Below, piece by piece: positions 25,501 to 36,363 of a DNA stretch of 64,000 nt. The position numbers and the translations under genes are program-made. The notes beneath the pieces are model-generated. The model had not been told where the DNA came from. It was given only the letters and a program-made list of their open reading frames with translations, and did not search any database. The stretch lies in NCBI RefSeq assembly GCF_023055435.1, contig NW_025963780.1, forward strand, positions 10,168,001-10,232,000. The letters are read 5' to 3'. The stretch's first letter is position 1; each line of letters opens with the position of its first letter. Source of the stretch: Haliotis rufescens (taxonomy: Eukaryota).

Positions 25501-26260
25501 CCGAGCAGCTGTCACCATTTTGAAAGCATTGTTTGCAGTTCTGACTGGCTGCCTTCAGTCGACCATGAGTCAACTGTCACATCGACAAACTGTCAAGCAG
25601 ATTCTTCTTAAATGTCAAACTATTACAATTTTTATGTAAATTAAATGTCCATCAATTAGGGTTTTGTTCTGATTTGATTGAAGCAGAAAATGCAAGTTAC
25701 CTTAGCTATTTTCTAGTTATTCTTTGTAAAGAAACCAATCCGAGTCGAACAGGTATTAGTTTGAACGCAATACATTGACAGTGTCTTGCAAATAAAGACC
25801 TATTGGGTGATCTACCGTTCCTGCCAAGGCTCCTGAACATGAACAGGGCTCCTACTGTAAGTAACATAGGCAAAAGTGGTTTGGTCACGACCATCAAAAC
25901 ACCTTATGCATTCACAGAACATATTTGAAAGTCTACAATGCCACATTACGAGGGGAAAAGCCATGGAAGCATGTTGGTAGGTATACGAACGTTGGGCACT
26001 TAAAAGTGTTTGAATTACAACTGTGTTTTTGTTCATAGTTTAGAAAAACCATGCTGTAAGCGTTAGAATTCTAAATCGTACGAATATTTTAACTTGCACA
26101 TATCTTTATTATTCTTGTTTTGGAGATACTTCTTACAACAAAATAAAATGACGTCAGGCCACATGTATTGAAAGTAAAAAGATACTTACGAGGAAATCGC
26201 CGGTCCGGTTACCAATATCCATAGTATAATAGAGAGAAACGGGTTGAGGGAACGAGCCAT
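975..26260 (-). CDS. SCO-spondin-like / vWF-D-domain secreted glycoprotein gene, 32 coding exons, 3'-incomplete
   Basis: Manual splicing of 32 GT-AG exons with matching phases gives a stop-free 1635-codon frame: SP, EMI, EGF, TB-like, 3x VWD-C8-TIL, 4x LDLa. The EMI-VWDx3-LDLa order is that of SCO-spondin. Confidence 0.85.
1769..1786 (-). CDS. SSPO-like 18-nt microexon (TTPMST)
   Basis: Pyrimidine tract + ttttacag acceptor, gtaagt donor, phase 1-1. Confidence 0.6.
1912..2022 (-). CDS. SSPO-like exon 30, LDLa4
   Basis: [20 protein letters not shown]; phase 1-1. Confidence 0.92.
2287..2409 (-). CDS. SSPO-like exon 29, LDLa3
   Basis: FVC...CLP...[13 protein letters not shown]; phase 1-1. Confidence 0.92.
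2771..2884 (-). CDS. SSPO-like exon 28, LDLa2
   Basis: [10 protein letters not shown]...DGSDE; phase 1-1. Confidence 0.92.
3471..3637 (-). CDS. SSPO-like exon 27, E3 + LDLa1 ([13 protein letters not shown])
   Basis: LDLa DCxDGSDE motif; phase 2-1. Confidence 0.9.
3885..3987 (-). CDS. SSPO-like exon 26 (CVPLEECPC...PG...DC)
   Basis: Phase 1-2. Confidence 0.9.
4613..4768 (-). CDS. SSPO-like exon 25, TIL3 ([10 protein letters not shown]...[10 protein letters not shown])
   Basis: TIL motif; phase 1-1. Confidence 0.9.
5050..5162 (-). CDS. SSPO-like exon 24, C8-3 ([18 protein letters not shown]...WRTQRLC)
   Basis: GGDCEC signature of D3 assemblies; phase 2-1. Confidence 0.95.
5312..5904 (-). 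mobile_element. 5'-truncated R4/Dong-clade non-LTR retrotransposon (restriction-like endonuclease end) within (TAA)n
   Basis: [17 protein letters not shown]...EK..KY..L...[11 protein letters not shown] motif; (TTA)n on both flanks. Confidence 0.8.
6020..7531 (-). mobile_element. Tc1/mariner transposon, decayed (intronic)
   Basis: ~28-bp imperfect TIRs (TACTTAACCGCAAAAGAAACG / CGTTTCTTTTATGGTTCAGTA), TA TSD, transposase remnants MPRLT...[26 protein letters not shown]. Confidence 0.92.
7641..7774 (-). CDS. SSPO-like exon 23, C8-3 start ([15 protein letters not shown])
   Basis: Phase 0-2; C8 motif. Confidence 0.85.
8271..8473 (-). CDS. SSPO-like exon 22, VWD3 end (GLCGNNNG...FGNSW)
   Basis: GLCGN and FGNSW motifs; phase 1-0. 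Confidence 0.9.
8513..8581. repeat. (TA)n microsatellite (others at ~2046-2112, 31658-31716)
   Basis: Direct reading. Confidence 0.95.
8784..9140 (-). CDS. SSPO-like exon 21, VWD3 (FQTFDG...CQY...ITWDQG)
   Basis: VWD motifs; phase 1-1. Confidence 0.9.
9493..9542 (-). CDS. SSPO-like exon 20 ([16 protein letters not shown])
   Basis: cag/gtgagt; phase 2-1. Confidence 0.8.
10251..10462. repeat. 53-bp tandem repeat x4 (essentially identical)
   Basis: GCAGAAGAGGGAAATAAG...GCCAGAGCTT at 10251, 10304, 10357, 10410. Confidence 0.95.
10660..10865 (-). mobile_element. SINE-like family C copy
   Basis: Matches 35255-35523 and 40215-40462; (AAAC)n tail. Confidence 0.75.
10884..11049 (-). mobile_element. 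SINE family A copy within (AGT)n
   Basis: Near-identical to 46179-46344. Confidence 0.85.
11120..11214 (-). CDS. SSPO-like exon 19 ([13 protein letters not shown])
   Basis: Phase 0-2; CPCY motif. Confidence 0.9.
11759..11975 (-). CDS. SSPO-like exon 18, E2 / TIL' (D')
   Basis: [10 protein letters not shown]...CMPTC...CYCPNG; phase 2-0. Confidence 0.9.
12486..12768 (+). mobile_element. tRNA-derived SINE (family B, long)
   Basis: GGGGGCACGGGTGG head, GGTTCGAATCC B box, tail shared with family A; second copy at 29644. Confidence 0.8.
13461..13542. repeat. (AGAC)/(AGAT)n microsatellite
   Basis: Direct reading. Confidence 0.95.
13589..13865 (-). CDS. SSPO-like exon 17, TIL2/E2
   Basis: CATSC...CLQGCTC...CVPQDQCNC; phase 1-2. 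Confidence 0.9.
14184..14367 (-). CDS. SSPO-like exon 16, divergent C8-2
   Basis: Cys pattern; phase 0-1; cag/gtaagt. Confidence 0.8.
14569..14727 (-). CDS. SSPO-like exon 15, VWD2 end ([15 protein letters not shown])
   Basis: GLCGNFD motif; phase 0-0. Confidence 0.9.
15195..15470 (-). CDS. SSPO-like exon 14, VWD2 ([10 protein letters not shown])
   Basis: VNG..LPF VWD motif; phase 0-0. Confidence 0.9.
15635..15788 (-). CDS. SSPO-like exon 13, E1 end / VWD2 start ([11 protein letters not shown]...CPGTCEV...QFD)
   Basis: Phase 2-0; CTC..G.W.C motif. Confidence 0.9.
16330..16591 (-). CDS. SSPO-like exon 12, TIL1/E1
   Basis: CPAMC...GCVC...CVVPNECKC; phase 1-2. Confidence 0.9.
16796..16955 (-). 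CDS. SSPO-like exon 11, C8-1 ([11 protein letters not shown]...WRTKSFC)
   Basis: C8 YA.C...WR...C motif; phase 0-1. Confidence 0.9.
17191..17295 (-). CDS. SSPO-like exon 10, C8-1 start ([16 protein letters not shown])
   Basis: cag/gtgagt; phase 0-0. Confidence 0.85.
17370..18920. repeat. 27-bp minisatellite with 509-bp higher-order duplication
   Basis: Unit TACACAGAGAGGGTTGATATCACATTA; identical ORF pairs offset by 509 bp. Confidence 0.95.
19040..19110 (-). CDS. SSPO-like exon 9 ([24 protein letters not shown])
   Basis: tag/gtaagt; phase 1-0. Confidence 0.8.
19261..19428 (-). CDS. SSPO-like exon 8, VWD1 end ([12 protein letters not shown])
   Basis: GxCGN motif; phase 1-1. Confidence 0.85.
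20107..20221 (-). CDS. SSPO-like exon 7, VWD1 ([13 protein letters not shown]...)
   Basis: ttttcag/gtagga; phase 0-1 bridges its neighbours. Confidence 0.75.
20330..20645. repeat. 23-bp minisatellite
   Basis: GTAGTACAGACATCATTGTTGAC repeated ~13x. Confidence 0.9.
21055..21254 (-). CDS. SSPO-like exon 6, VWD1 start ([14 protein letters not shown])
   Basis: TFDG motif; phase 1-0. Confidence 0.9.
21829..21954 (-). CDS. SSPO-like exon 5, TB/hybrid-like Cys module (YCYVGKFC...[17 protein letters not shown])
   Basis: Phase 1-1 exon; CC..GxSWG..CxxC resembles fibrillin/LTBP TB domains. Confidence 0.8.
22441..22545 (-). CDS. SSPO-like exon 4, EGF-like ([30 protein letters not shown])
   Basis: 6-Cys EGF spacing; phase 1-1. 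Confidence 0.9.
22841..22902 (-). CDS. SSPO-like exon 3 (EMI end: [13 protein letters not shown])
   Basis: CCxGY EMI motif; tag/gtaagt; phase 2-1. Confidence 0.85.
24363..24554 (-). CDS. SSPO-like exon 2 (EMI domain N-part: [12 protein letters not shown]...IPCFYT)
   Basis: ttttacag/gtaagt boundaries, phase 2-2. Confidence 0.85.
24620..25120. repeat. Degenerate ~50-bp tandem repeat
   Basis: Recurrent GATATCATAGTGAAAT...ATGAAACTGGTAAGACTA. Confidence 0.7.
26190..26260 (-). CDS. SSPO-like exon 1, signal peptide [23 protein letters not shown]
   Basis: GCCATGG Kozak-like ATG, hydrophobic core, gtaagt donor, phase 2 matches exon 2. Confidence 0.85.
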
Positions 26261-26411
26261 GGCTCCCTTTGTTTTAGTCGATCTACGACTCGTTTGTCTT
26301 GTCAGCACTCCAATAGTCCAAGTTTTCGCAAGTACGGATAAATACACAGAAATGTATTTGGCACTGCACTCTTGGAGAAGAAGTCTCAGTTGATTAGTCC
26401 GCCTCTCTTTA

Positions 26412-26439
26412 TTTTATACCTTCGTAAAATAACCACGTG
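26412..26439 (-). promoter_or_regulatory. Putative TATA box (TATAAAA, 26412-26418) and E-box CACGTG (26434-26439) for the SSPO-like gene
   Basis: Located ~150-180 bp upstream of the ATG on the gene's strand. Confidence 0.5.
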
Positions 26440-26911
26440 ACTTAACTTGGGACTATCAGCTACCTATTGAGTTGCGCCTATGCCATATTGATATTTTGTC
26501 ATGTGCTCACCCTACCATTGGTTGATCGCAGTGGCAGCTACCACAGACATTGATTTGCTTTAACTAAAATTCCTAACAGCGCGTGAGCTGTTGTTCCTTG
26601 GGTAACATATGGCCGCTATGTTCACGAATTTATTTAGAAATATACAGACCTCAGCAGAAATTTGTCCACTCCTTACTTTTGACATTAATGCACTTTTCAC
26701 GCTCTTTCTGCGTGCTAGGACCGTGATATCACGGCCATCTTGGAATCATTATAATGATATTGTACCGTGCGCATTTCTGCAAAACACATATTTATGTTTA
26801 CTCAAGTATGTTATTGTGCTTATGTTGGGTGATTTTCATGCCTACCTTCCCTATGCACAATATCTACGCGTCGTTGACATAGAAGGGGTTGGGTGTGTGT
26901 GTGTGTGTGGT

Positions 26912-26959
<48 letters not shown>

Positions 26960-29316
26960 AACACTATGTGTACCGATCATCGTTATAAAGTGTATAAAAA
27001 TAAGATGTAACATTAAAGCCTTGCACTCTGTGTGTAATTTTTCACATGGGGACTGTCAAGAGAAATTAGGTTCTACCATTACTGTAAATACTCATAAATA
27101 GTCCAATGTACATTGCAGAAAGAATATACTGATTATTACATTTCAAGTAAGAGCCAATACATTTGAAAACAAAAACATGAATATCGGGTACATGAGCAGC
27201 ATTTTGAACACGTAAGCAGCATTATATTTAATGTGCTGGGCCCAGTCGTCTGATACACAGACTCTGTGCAGGGTCATAGGTGTGACAGCAACCTAAGGTG
27301 GTAGGTTTGAATCCAATAGCCCCCCTGGTTATGTTCCTTGGTTTGTCAGCATAATTGAAGTGCTCGTGGGATTCACTTCAGGCTTTTTAATTGTCAAACA
27401 GGGTGAAATATTGATTACATAACAAGTTGTACATCAACTACATCACTTTATCCTCGCTATTATGTGCACAAGACCGTGTTCCTTAACTGGCCAGAGCTTC
27501 ACTGGTAAAGGGCTCAAGTCCTAGAAGTGACTCCGTTACCATCCTTCTTTAAGCAACATGACGGTGCTCATGATTTACAACATGGTGGTAAAGGTGACCC
27601 TGCGTCATTTTGTTAATGGGGGATTAGGTTCGACAAATAAGTAGTCATAGCACAATGGATTCAAGTCAACACCGCTTTGGTTAGCTGCTAACGTTAATTG
27701 AATAGTTTATATTAGTCTTACTGTTGGTGATTACAACTACTGCGACAAACTTTCACTTTTATACATTATCACTACACAGCCTAGACCTTGATAAAACATG
27801 AACTTCAGACTGCGGAGCAAGTCCGACTTTACACTCACACTACATAAATCATCCATGTCGTCCTGTACTGATATCTACTTACACAACCTTTTTATCATAA
27901 CCTGACATCCATACGGTGTGGCCACAATATATTTATTATTGCTCTCCCAATAATGTTCCACAAGTTATTTCAATTTCGACCGAACCATGATGTGATTACT
28001 CCTATTCTCCTAACATGTTTCTTTACTTGTTTCCTTTTGACTCCCGTAGGATGCTATATCTCTTTTGTCGTTCCTACTTATAAGGCAAAATGCATGGCCC
28101 TGAAGCTGGGAACGATACATTTTAAGGCATGAACATGTATTCACAATTTACCAATGTATGTTGTTCATATAAACAAAGTGCATCTGTAGCACATGTGACT
28201 AAAAACAAAAGGTAAGCCAAGGCAAACCCTGTGACCTGCAAAAGATTGGGTACTGGTGTAAATTTTGTTGGTGAAATCCTACCTTCAAAAACGGTTTCTA
28301 AATTAAATAATAAATGACTTCAGTAAATAAAAGCACAAATCATTTCCAAAATGATAAGAAATCTCTGCAAAACACGTCCGTTGCAAGATTACAGCTGGAT
28401 CATACGTACGTGTTTACGAATCACTATCAAAAAGTGATGAGTCTAAGTGTTCGCGAAAAGGTGGGACCCGTCACAACACATGCAACACCAAATGAAGTCT
28501 TCACCCGAAAAAACACGGGAACCCATAGTACAAGTGAAAAAAGTGAGTTGCATTGGACATCAATTAGGTCACTGATGGGTCAAAATGCCCTGAAAATATC
28601 TACCATAACAATATTTAAAGCCTGACTAAGACCTTGAATTGTTGTATACCTAAACATATTTTGAGCAAAAGTCTTATAACGTGCTTTGAAATATTCGTAG
28701 AAAGAGTGTGCTTGATTTACCTCAATAGTTGTAATATGTGGACACCAAAGGCTTGAGCTGATGTTATATTGCTCGACATAAAGGAAAAATGTACCATATC
28801 CCCCTTGGCATACAGAAAGCTTTTGTCACTCTGACTATGTGTGAATAGATCACGTTATTCTTTCATCTCTAGTTCAGGTGGATAAATCGGTAGAAGGGAA
28901 CTGACTGTTTAGCGATTATTTTACGATCGCAGATCATCGCTATACATGAAGCTGAAATTAGACCCTTTGCCAATTTCCCGAATCTATCCGTTACAATTTT
29001 ATTCAGAGTCGTACAACAATTTGCAATTGACATGATCAGGTCTGACTATGAACATTTCAAACTTTAAAGGGAACATCCATAACTTGTTGAAGTTGACCAT
29101 CTATAGGACCTGCATAATGTAAAACAGAACGTTGTGTAAAAGATGTTCCTCAGAAAGCTTATTATTAAAGAGTAGTTTCATGGTGTAAACACTGATTTTC
29201 AGTGATCCATTCATATATTTTTCACAACTAGTTTGCCAATGGAATCTGTTTCGGCAGATAATCAAAACTGATATTCTCAGACGTTGACGTGTTTCATTCA
29301 ATGTCATTTTTGCTTT

Positions 29317-29479
29317 TGAGTGAGTTAGGTGAGTGAGTATGGTTTTACGCCGCTTTAAGCAATATTCAAGTGATATCACGGTGGGGGACCACACTTGGGC
29401 TTCACACTTTGTACCCATGCGGGGAATCAAACCCGGGCCTTCGGCGTGACGAGCGAATGCTTTAATCACTAGGCTACCT
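29317..29479 (-). mobile_element. SINE family A copy
   Basis: Similarity to 46179-46344. Confidence 0.8.
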
Positions 29480-29643
29480 TCAGGTAAAGACCATACCTTA
29501 AAACCTCTCTATTACGAACATGCGGAAACCAGGTCCCGATATCTAACCATTGTGCTGATGTTTTGCGGAACCATAAAGTCTTCAACGCTATAGCGACATA
29601 ATGAATTTCCATTTATCGAGGTGTCATTGTATTTACAAACTAA

Positions 29644-29916
29644 GGGGGCACGGGTGGCCCAGTCGTCTCAGGCACCCCATTTCGCTGTGCAGAGTAGCGT
29701 CCCTTGGGCACGCCAGAAAGCTATGATTGTGGGTTCTAATCACGGTTCACCACGATTATGTTTCTAGGATTGTCAGCACCATACCCGTGCTCGTAGGTTT
29801 CCCCGAAGTGGTAAACTTCTCAGACCTGCATCACTTCGGGTTTTCCTCCCACATTAAGCTGACAAGCCGTGATATAACTGGAATACACGGCCTTAAACAC
29901 AACTCACTCACTCACT
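29644..29916 (+). mobile_element. SINE family B copy
   Basis: High similarity to 12486-12768. Confidence 0.8.
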
Positions 29917-30614
29917 CTACAAACTAAACCTAATTACAATGTCACTGAATATAACAATTTGAATAACTGTTGTTATCGATTTAAAAAAATATTATTTCGA
30001 AAAGTATATATTTAGAGGTTAACGACAAAATCCAATGCCATAACATGGGTCGCAACTATGACCATGATGGCACCCTTGTTCTCGGATTCGGTATGAACGA
30101 GTCGCATCACCGGCGTAACGGTTAACAGAGATCGATAATCACCTTTGTTAGTCACTCTCAGTAAATTTCAATTTCGGCACCATATTGCAAAGTCAATAAA
30201 TATCGTTTAACTCTTGTACCAGGCGTTGTATAACTGTCGGACAGACTTGGTAGTGGAAAAATCAAATTGTTATCGGTACTAAGGCACAGTAAGCAAGTAT
30301 GATTTTGAATCAAACCACTGTATAGTTAGCTCTGGGTGTGAAGACTAAAGAATCGTTTAAATAGTTACCTCTTTTCAGAAATACTATCGTTAAATCCCTA
30401 GTTAACTTGGCGAACCTCAAATCCCTTGCATATACATGTATATCCGTCATGAGTAGCTTAATAATGAACAATCATACATGTCAGTTTGTTCTCCAAACCC
30501 CTGGTTGACGGATATGCTCTTGGTTACCCCTTGAATTTCTTTATATAACTACCACAGCTGAAACCATGTGAATCTGTCATGTACTCTTCAATATGAAAAA
30601 GTCCACATTAACAG

Positions 30615-31655
30615 GTTTCTTGTTGAACCCATGATGGGTAAAGAGCCATGCATCTAACCGTACAGCGGGTTGAACTATAAATCACACAGGGGTTGCTTTG
30701 TGACAATACAGTGATACACAAAAGGCGTATTAGTCAAGATTCAATTCAAATGATCCAGGGGTATTTGCGTATGACGCCTTTGCATGTTTTATAGAAGACA
30801 AGGCTCTCTTCTTAAGGAACAAGTAAGTATCAACATTTAAATTTGTACATTCTTTTCAAATGTATTCTTTTCAATACCAATGTGTTGTTTGGAATAAAAG
30901 TATCGCTGTGTCAGCTTATTTCTTCTTGTTGAATTCCATTCAAAAAGGTCTTTCTAATTATCATGAGAATAGAGTTTCGAATTCGTTTGATACTTCGTGT
31001 CGGAAAGCAGGGATTTGCAGCTTTAGCAGGCCATTGATCGTTATGTATAGGAATGGGCGAGTCTTTTCATTGTCGCCATCTGTGACGACCGAGCCACGGT
31101 AAGCCAATACATCGACTGACAAGTGCGCTCTTTATTGCACTACTTCTGAAACTTTGCCATGTCAGTGCGTCGCTTATGAAACGATGCTTATGAAACATGT
31201 TTAGGTTGTACGACATCCAAATTGCAAACCTTCAAGTTGATGTTGTTGGTGTCATTATTGTATATTGATGGAGAAATTGGCATTTTCTACTAAAGTTTAC
31301 TTTGTCATTATATATGTTGGTTTATGAATATTATCATAATGTTTCTAATGGTACATAAGAGTCGAAATAAATTTTGTTGTTCGTTTTATTTTTACAATTT
31401 GCACGCCACATTTACGGTTACCATGAAATAAAGAAAGTTTTTTTAATAAATAAGGGCAAACTATATAAATATCTATTATTGTTATTATTATGAAGATTGG
31501 GACAATTCATTGTTTCATTTTCATACGAAAACGATGAATTTACATAAATAGAAAACGTATTAGCAGTTTTCTGAAAGATGCTGATTTTCAGCAGTTGAGA
31601 CTTACAAAAAAATCAATACATCAAAACTTTCTCAAGCAGATTTTGTATTAATCAA

Positions 31656-31721
<66 letters not shown>

Positions 31722-32527
31722 AGGTGGCTGTCACATACTGCAATGAAACGATTGCAAAAGTGCTTCCTCTCTTTACATCAACAATGACACTCATATGAAA
31801 ACTAGGCGACGGATACGAGGTAATGTTGATATCAGTTCATATACACAGAAAACTGCTACACTGAATCGATTTCTAGTTAAAATTATAGTTTATCTTCCAT
31901 GTGTGGCGGACATGTGTGTATTCACATGATGCATTTATTTTTTCAGTATAAAACTGTTTTCTTGCTATTAATAATTGTATTAATCTGTATTCAGCTGATG
32001 GATTAATTCTGTCACAATTCGTTCAAACTATTAATGCTGACCTAGCTGTGTTCCCTCTTGAAACATTTAGCTCATACTTCTCAGCCTGTGAGTGAACACA
32101 GTGCACCATGCATTTCCATTGTAACACCTACTGTACTACTTTACTTAATCGATCATTCATCGGTGATAGAAGGAAGATAGCTTCACCAATGTTCGCCGCT
32201 CAAAGTTTCATGGGTTATAAATTCTTATATCGTCCATCATAAAATTCTTGCAGTCTTATGAGCGTGTATGATGGATTTTTCTTCTATCAATGCATGGGCA
32301 TCTGTTACCTGCGAGAGAAATATCACCAGGAATATAGTTGCTCTAGCATGTCCCTGACTCTTATGAACGATGTTTACCTGTACTACATCGATGCCCACAC
32401 CACCACAGCTGTCGACGTGAACAACGTCCCGTTTCTGAGTACCATTGATTATTCTGTCAACAAGCAAAGTGTCACCCTCCATTCTACAGGTATTGTGCTG
32501 AATCCACCTGGAGATTTTACCCAGTGA
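30615..32527 (+). pseudogene. Probable pseudogene with C-type-lectin-like + PAN/apple-like remnants (exons ~30615-30822, 31724-31819, 32254-32527)
   Basis: GT-AG junctions in phase 2 join the three pieces; YSGL...L*QYSD...Y*SRFNSNDP...ACF...NKW and CF...QCMGIC...YSCSSMSL; several in-frame stops and a frameshift. Confidence 0.45.
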
Positions 32528-32943
32528 ACGATTAGTACTCGTTGGGCATTAAATTTGATTATTTTCATTTGAATCTTCCATCTTATGTGATTCTTTAAAG
32601 TGTTTGGTGTTAACTGATGCGTCTGTTCACCATTTTGTGTCACAGTTTAATTGTTCAATATTAGTGAATACATTCGTATGATTTGTTAGTTATCGTGTGA
32701 CGACGTTTACTAAAATATATATTCTGATGGTTTATAGCTTATGCCACAATCATGTTTTCAACAATGGTTGATGTTAATTAAACTGAATATATCGGAGAAC
32801 TATAAACGAATAAAGTGTTGACGTTTCTATGGCATATCATATGATCAAATTTGTTAGGACGTACAAGGAAGATTAGCATCTTTAGCCCTGACTAAACTTC
32901 TTATTCTAGAGACTTGAGGCTAAATGATATCATAGCAGCAATC

Positions 32944-33021
32944 GTAGTGGTAGCAGTAGTAGTAGTAGGAGGAGGAGGAGAAGAAAAAGAAGGAGAAGAA
33001 AAGTAGTAGTAGTAGAAGTAC

Positions 33022-33066
<45 letters not shown>

Positions 33067-33115
33067 CTGTAGCAGTAGTAGTGGTAGTAGCAATAGTAGT
33101 AGTAGTCATAGTAGT
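32944..33115. repeat. (AGT)n compound microsatellite
   Basis: Direct reading. Confidence 0.9.
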
Positions 33116-35254
33116 ATTCAGATTCGATTTCGTTCCAGTTATTAGACAACAAGCCTATATTATATGATTATATAAGTTAGCTACGCGATACATCGCAGAA
33201 GAACAATCAAGAACGAAGTGTGGTTTATTTCACGATAAAACATTGTTCTATCGTGACGTCATTTCTGAAGATTCGAACATGAGCTCGCAACTTGATGACT
33301 TCGTTTATTGGACGAGGGTCTTTTTGAGAGGGGAGTGTCTAGTGAGTTGTTCGCCATAGGTGTAGCTGGGCAACGTAGATAAACACGATGGCCGAACGAT
33401 CGCATCCAAATGCGGGAGAGATATGACACTCGGTATTGGGGGAAAAGGTACAGGTAATCGACGTGAGGATTGTGAGAAAATGCGGGAAAAACCACCTGTG
33501 TATTAAATGGACTTGTCCGACACTGCTGAGATCGGATTCTATTGAGGAAGTCATCAATATTAATATACGGGTACATATTTATGAAGCTTTAAAATTGTAT
33601 CATCCTTATAGTGCTGTACATAATGTTGATATGTCATGTAAGAAATAAACGTTGTCGTTGTTTATCGTACAATAAAACACTGCAGGCAGAATAAACCATG
33701 AGGGGCGTAACAATATATGCATTTAAGTAATACACAAACATCTTCACGCTTTTTCCACCTACGACAATATATTTAACCAGACAGGTTACTGTGTAAGTGT
33801 ATTAAGCAGCATGTACATATGATGGTAGAATGTGCTTTCGAAGGTAAGAATAAAATAGGCATGCAATAGGAAATGGAATTGAGATACCTGAATAGGTATT
33901 ACACACAATGGACACAGCGTCTCTGCAGGTGGAATCTGAAGTTGGCTCCATTCTTCTATCATCTAAATGTAATTTCAGCATTGACATTTACAAAGTGCTA
34001 TACGGCAGGCATCAACATGCACAGATTAAAGGTATTTTTTTAGAATAATGACATAATTTAATACTTCTATAAAACGCTGCTTAATGTCCCAATTTATCTT
34101 TCAATGAGTGTTTATCAACGTTAACATATGCTTGAAAAACATGCTTCATAATCCTTCGTTTTCCTCTATCGAAGTTAAACCAAAACTAATAACAAAAAAT
34201 TCTTGTTTGAAAGCCCAACAATCTATTCCCTCTTCTGCTAATTTAAACTGATATAAAGAAACATGTTTTAAGATGATATTGTCCTGTTGACGTATATATT
34301 CGCAAACCATAATTCGTAATTTGGAAATTTTGGTTAGCGGCCTAACTCGCCACTAGCGACAATATTTGTAAAATGTAAAAATAATTTGTAAAGAAGACAG
34401 TTGTCGCGATAACTGACATCCCTGCCGAACACTGAATAAACATTGAAAACAGACTGTGTTGCCATCTTGTAATGAAACACATGACTTCACTTTCTTATAC
34501 ATTTCGTAAAAAATAAAAATATTTTACCTTTTTCCAATCAAAAAAATGAATTTCCAAATCATAACTTAAATATAAAACAGACGCATCCAAACAGCTAAAT
34601 CAAAATCAATTCTTCAAGTAGTAACTTCAACATAATTCTATTCTGGTTTGACAACTGACAGACAATATACATTTACACATTGTATGTATTTCACATTATT
34701 GTATAACTGACTCATGTACTATCACCAATGTGCGTTGAAACATCGAGTGTAATGACTTAAAGGAACACGTTTCTCAAACGTTTGTCTTTACAAATAAGCA
34801 GCAGAAGCTGACGTAATTCATAATTAACATATTGTTTTTAGTTTCAGCGAAATCAGTTAATAAGCTATCGTGTCACTGGATTGTCTTGTCCATAAATCAC
34901 AGTCTCCTTTGCTTCAAGGCCGCCGTCGCATGGCAGGATTATTGCTGTGCGGTGTCAGGCAACAAAAGGTGCCTTTTTTATGCAGATTCTGTGGGGGGCA
35001 GGTGCTACCAAGTAGGGCAGGACTTGCTTACCCTTTTCGCGAACACCTGGTGTTATCACTTATTTTCAGTGATCCATTCATATAATTTCATCGCTTATTT
35101 TGATTTTTATGCACAATGGAATCTGTTTCGGTGACTCGTTATTCTCTGGCGTTAACTTTTTATATTTACTTATTCATTAATATTGGTACATGTAACTTTT
35201 TAGCGCTTTACAAAGATGAATGGTCAAGTGAAGAAAAATCACTAATACTGTTGT

Positions 35255-35523
35255 TGGTTGGTTGGTTGGCTGGTTGTTTAACGCCGCACTCAGCAATATT
35301 CCATCTATATGGCGGTGGTCTGTAATAATCGAGTCTGGACCAGACAATCCAGTAATTAATATAATGAGCATCGATCCACGCAATTGAGATCGATGACATG
35401 CATCAACCAAGTCAGCGAGCCTGACCACCCGATCCCGTTAGTCGCCTCTTAGACAAGCACAATCACCTTTTACGTCAAGCATAGGTTGCTGAAGACCTAT
35501 TCCACCCCAAATCTTCACAGGTC
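35255..35523 (-). mobile_element. SINE-like family C copy
   Basis: GATCGGGTGGTCAGGCTCGCTGACTTGG...TGGAATATTGCTGAGTGCGGCGTTAAAC; other copies at ~1290-1470, 36065-36325, 60165-60345, 61215-61420. Confidence 0.8.
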
Positions 35524-36363
35524 ACTAATACTGCATTTTTAACATCATAACATGTTCATGAAATTGTATTGTGGCTTCTAAAAGTGATACCTGCAACAGT
35601 TGTTTGGATCAGTTCAGCCATGTTGTTACGTAAGAATACTGACATATATAGTTCATGTTTGTTAACAGTTCTTAGTTAAAGGCCTTATAACAATGTCCTG
35701 TCTTTCGTTTTCATATATCAAACTTTTCGGAATGATAACACTTTTGTCGAATAAATTCCTTGAACTAAAACCATAGGGCGACGAGTTCTCAGAACAGCTT
35801 TAAAAACTACCTCTTAATCTTCATTATCGCTTTGGGGTTTTAGGTGTAAAATTAGGTAAATTATTATAATACACAAACCATACGTCCTAACACGTAAAAA
35901 TTGAATATTGAAATCAAATTAGTGCATACATAAATAATTATTCGATATTGATCTTGTGTCAGGCATGTTTCTTGTTGAATCGATATTCTGGAGGCAGTTT
36001 TTTTATATTATACTTTTGGCTCTCTAAAATCCATAAATCCAATGATTTCAGTGAAAATTATCCCGTGAGCGATTCCGGTTAGAATTGTTATCCAGTAACA
36101 TATGTTTTTAGTATAAAACGACTCACTGAATCGAGTGGTCAAGGTAGGTTTGACAGGCCTTTTAGGCTGGTCATAATGTCAATCCTTAGTTTGTCTGGTC
36201 AATACTCGTTTAACCGCGATACCACTTAGCGTTGTTCATGATTTCAGTTACTCAATTACTTACAAGCACGCCGTGATCTAGCTGGAATATTGCTGTATGT
36301 ATCGTTACAAAAACATTCACCCATTCAATCAAGATGATTGCGAAAGATGACTTTAGAGAGATA

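Noticed and set aside
31724-31819. Selenoprotein read-through of TGA in the plus-strand gene remnant
   Set aside because: TAG/TAA stops and a frameshift also occur, and no SECIS was recognised.
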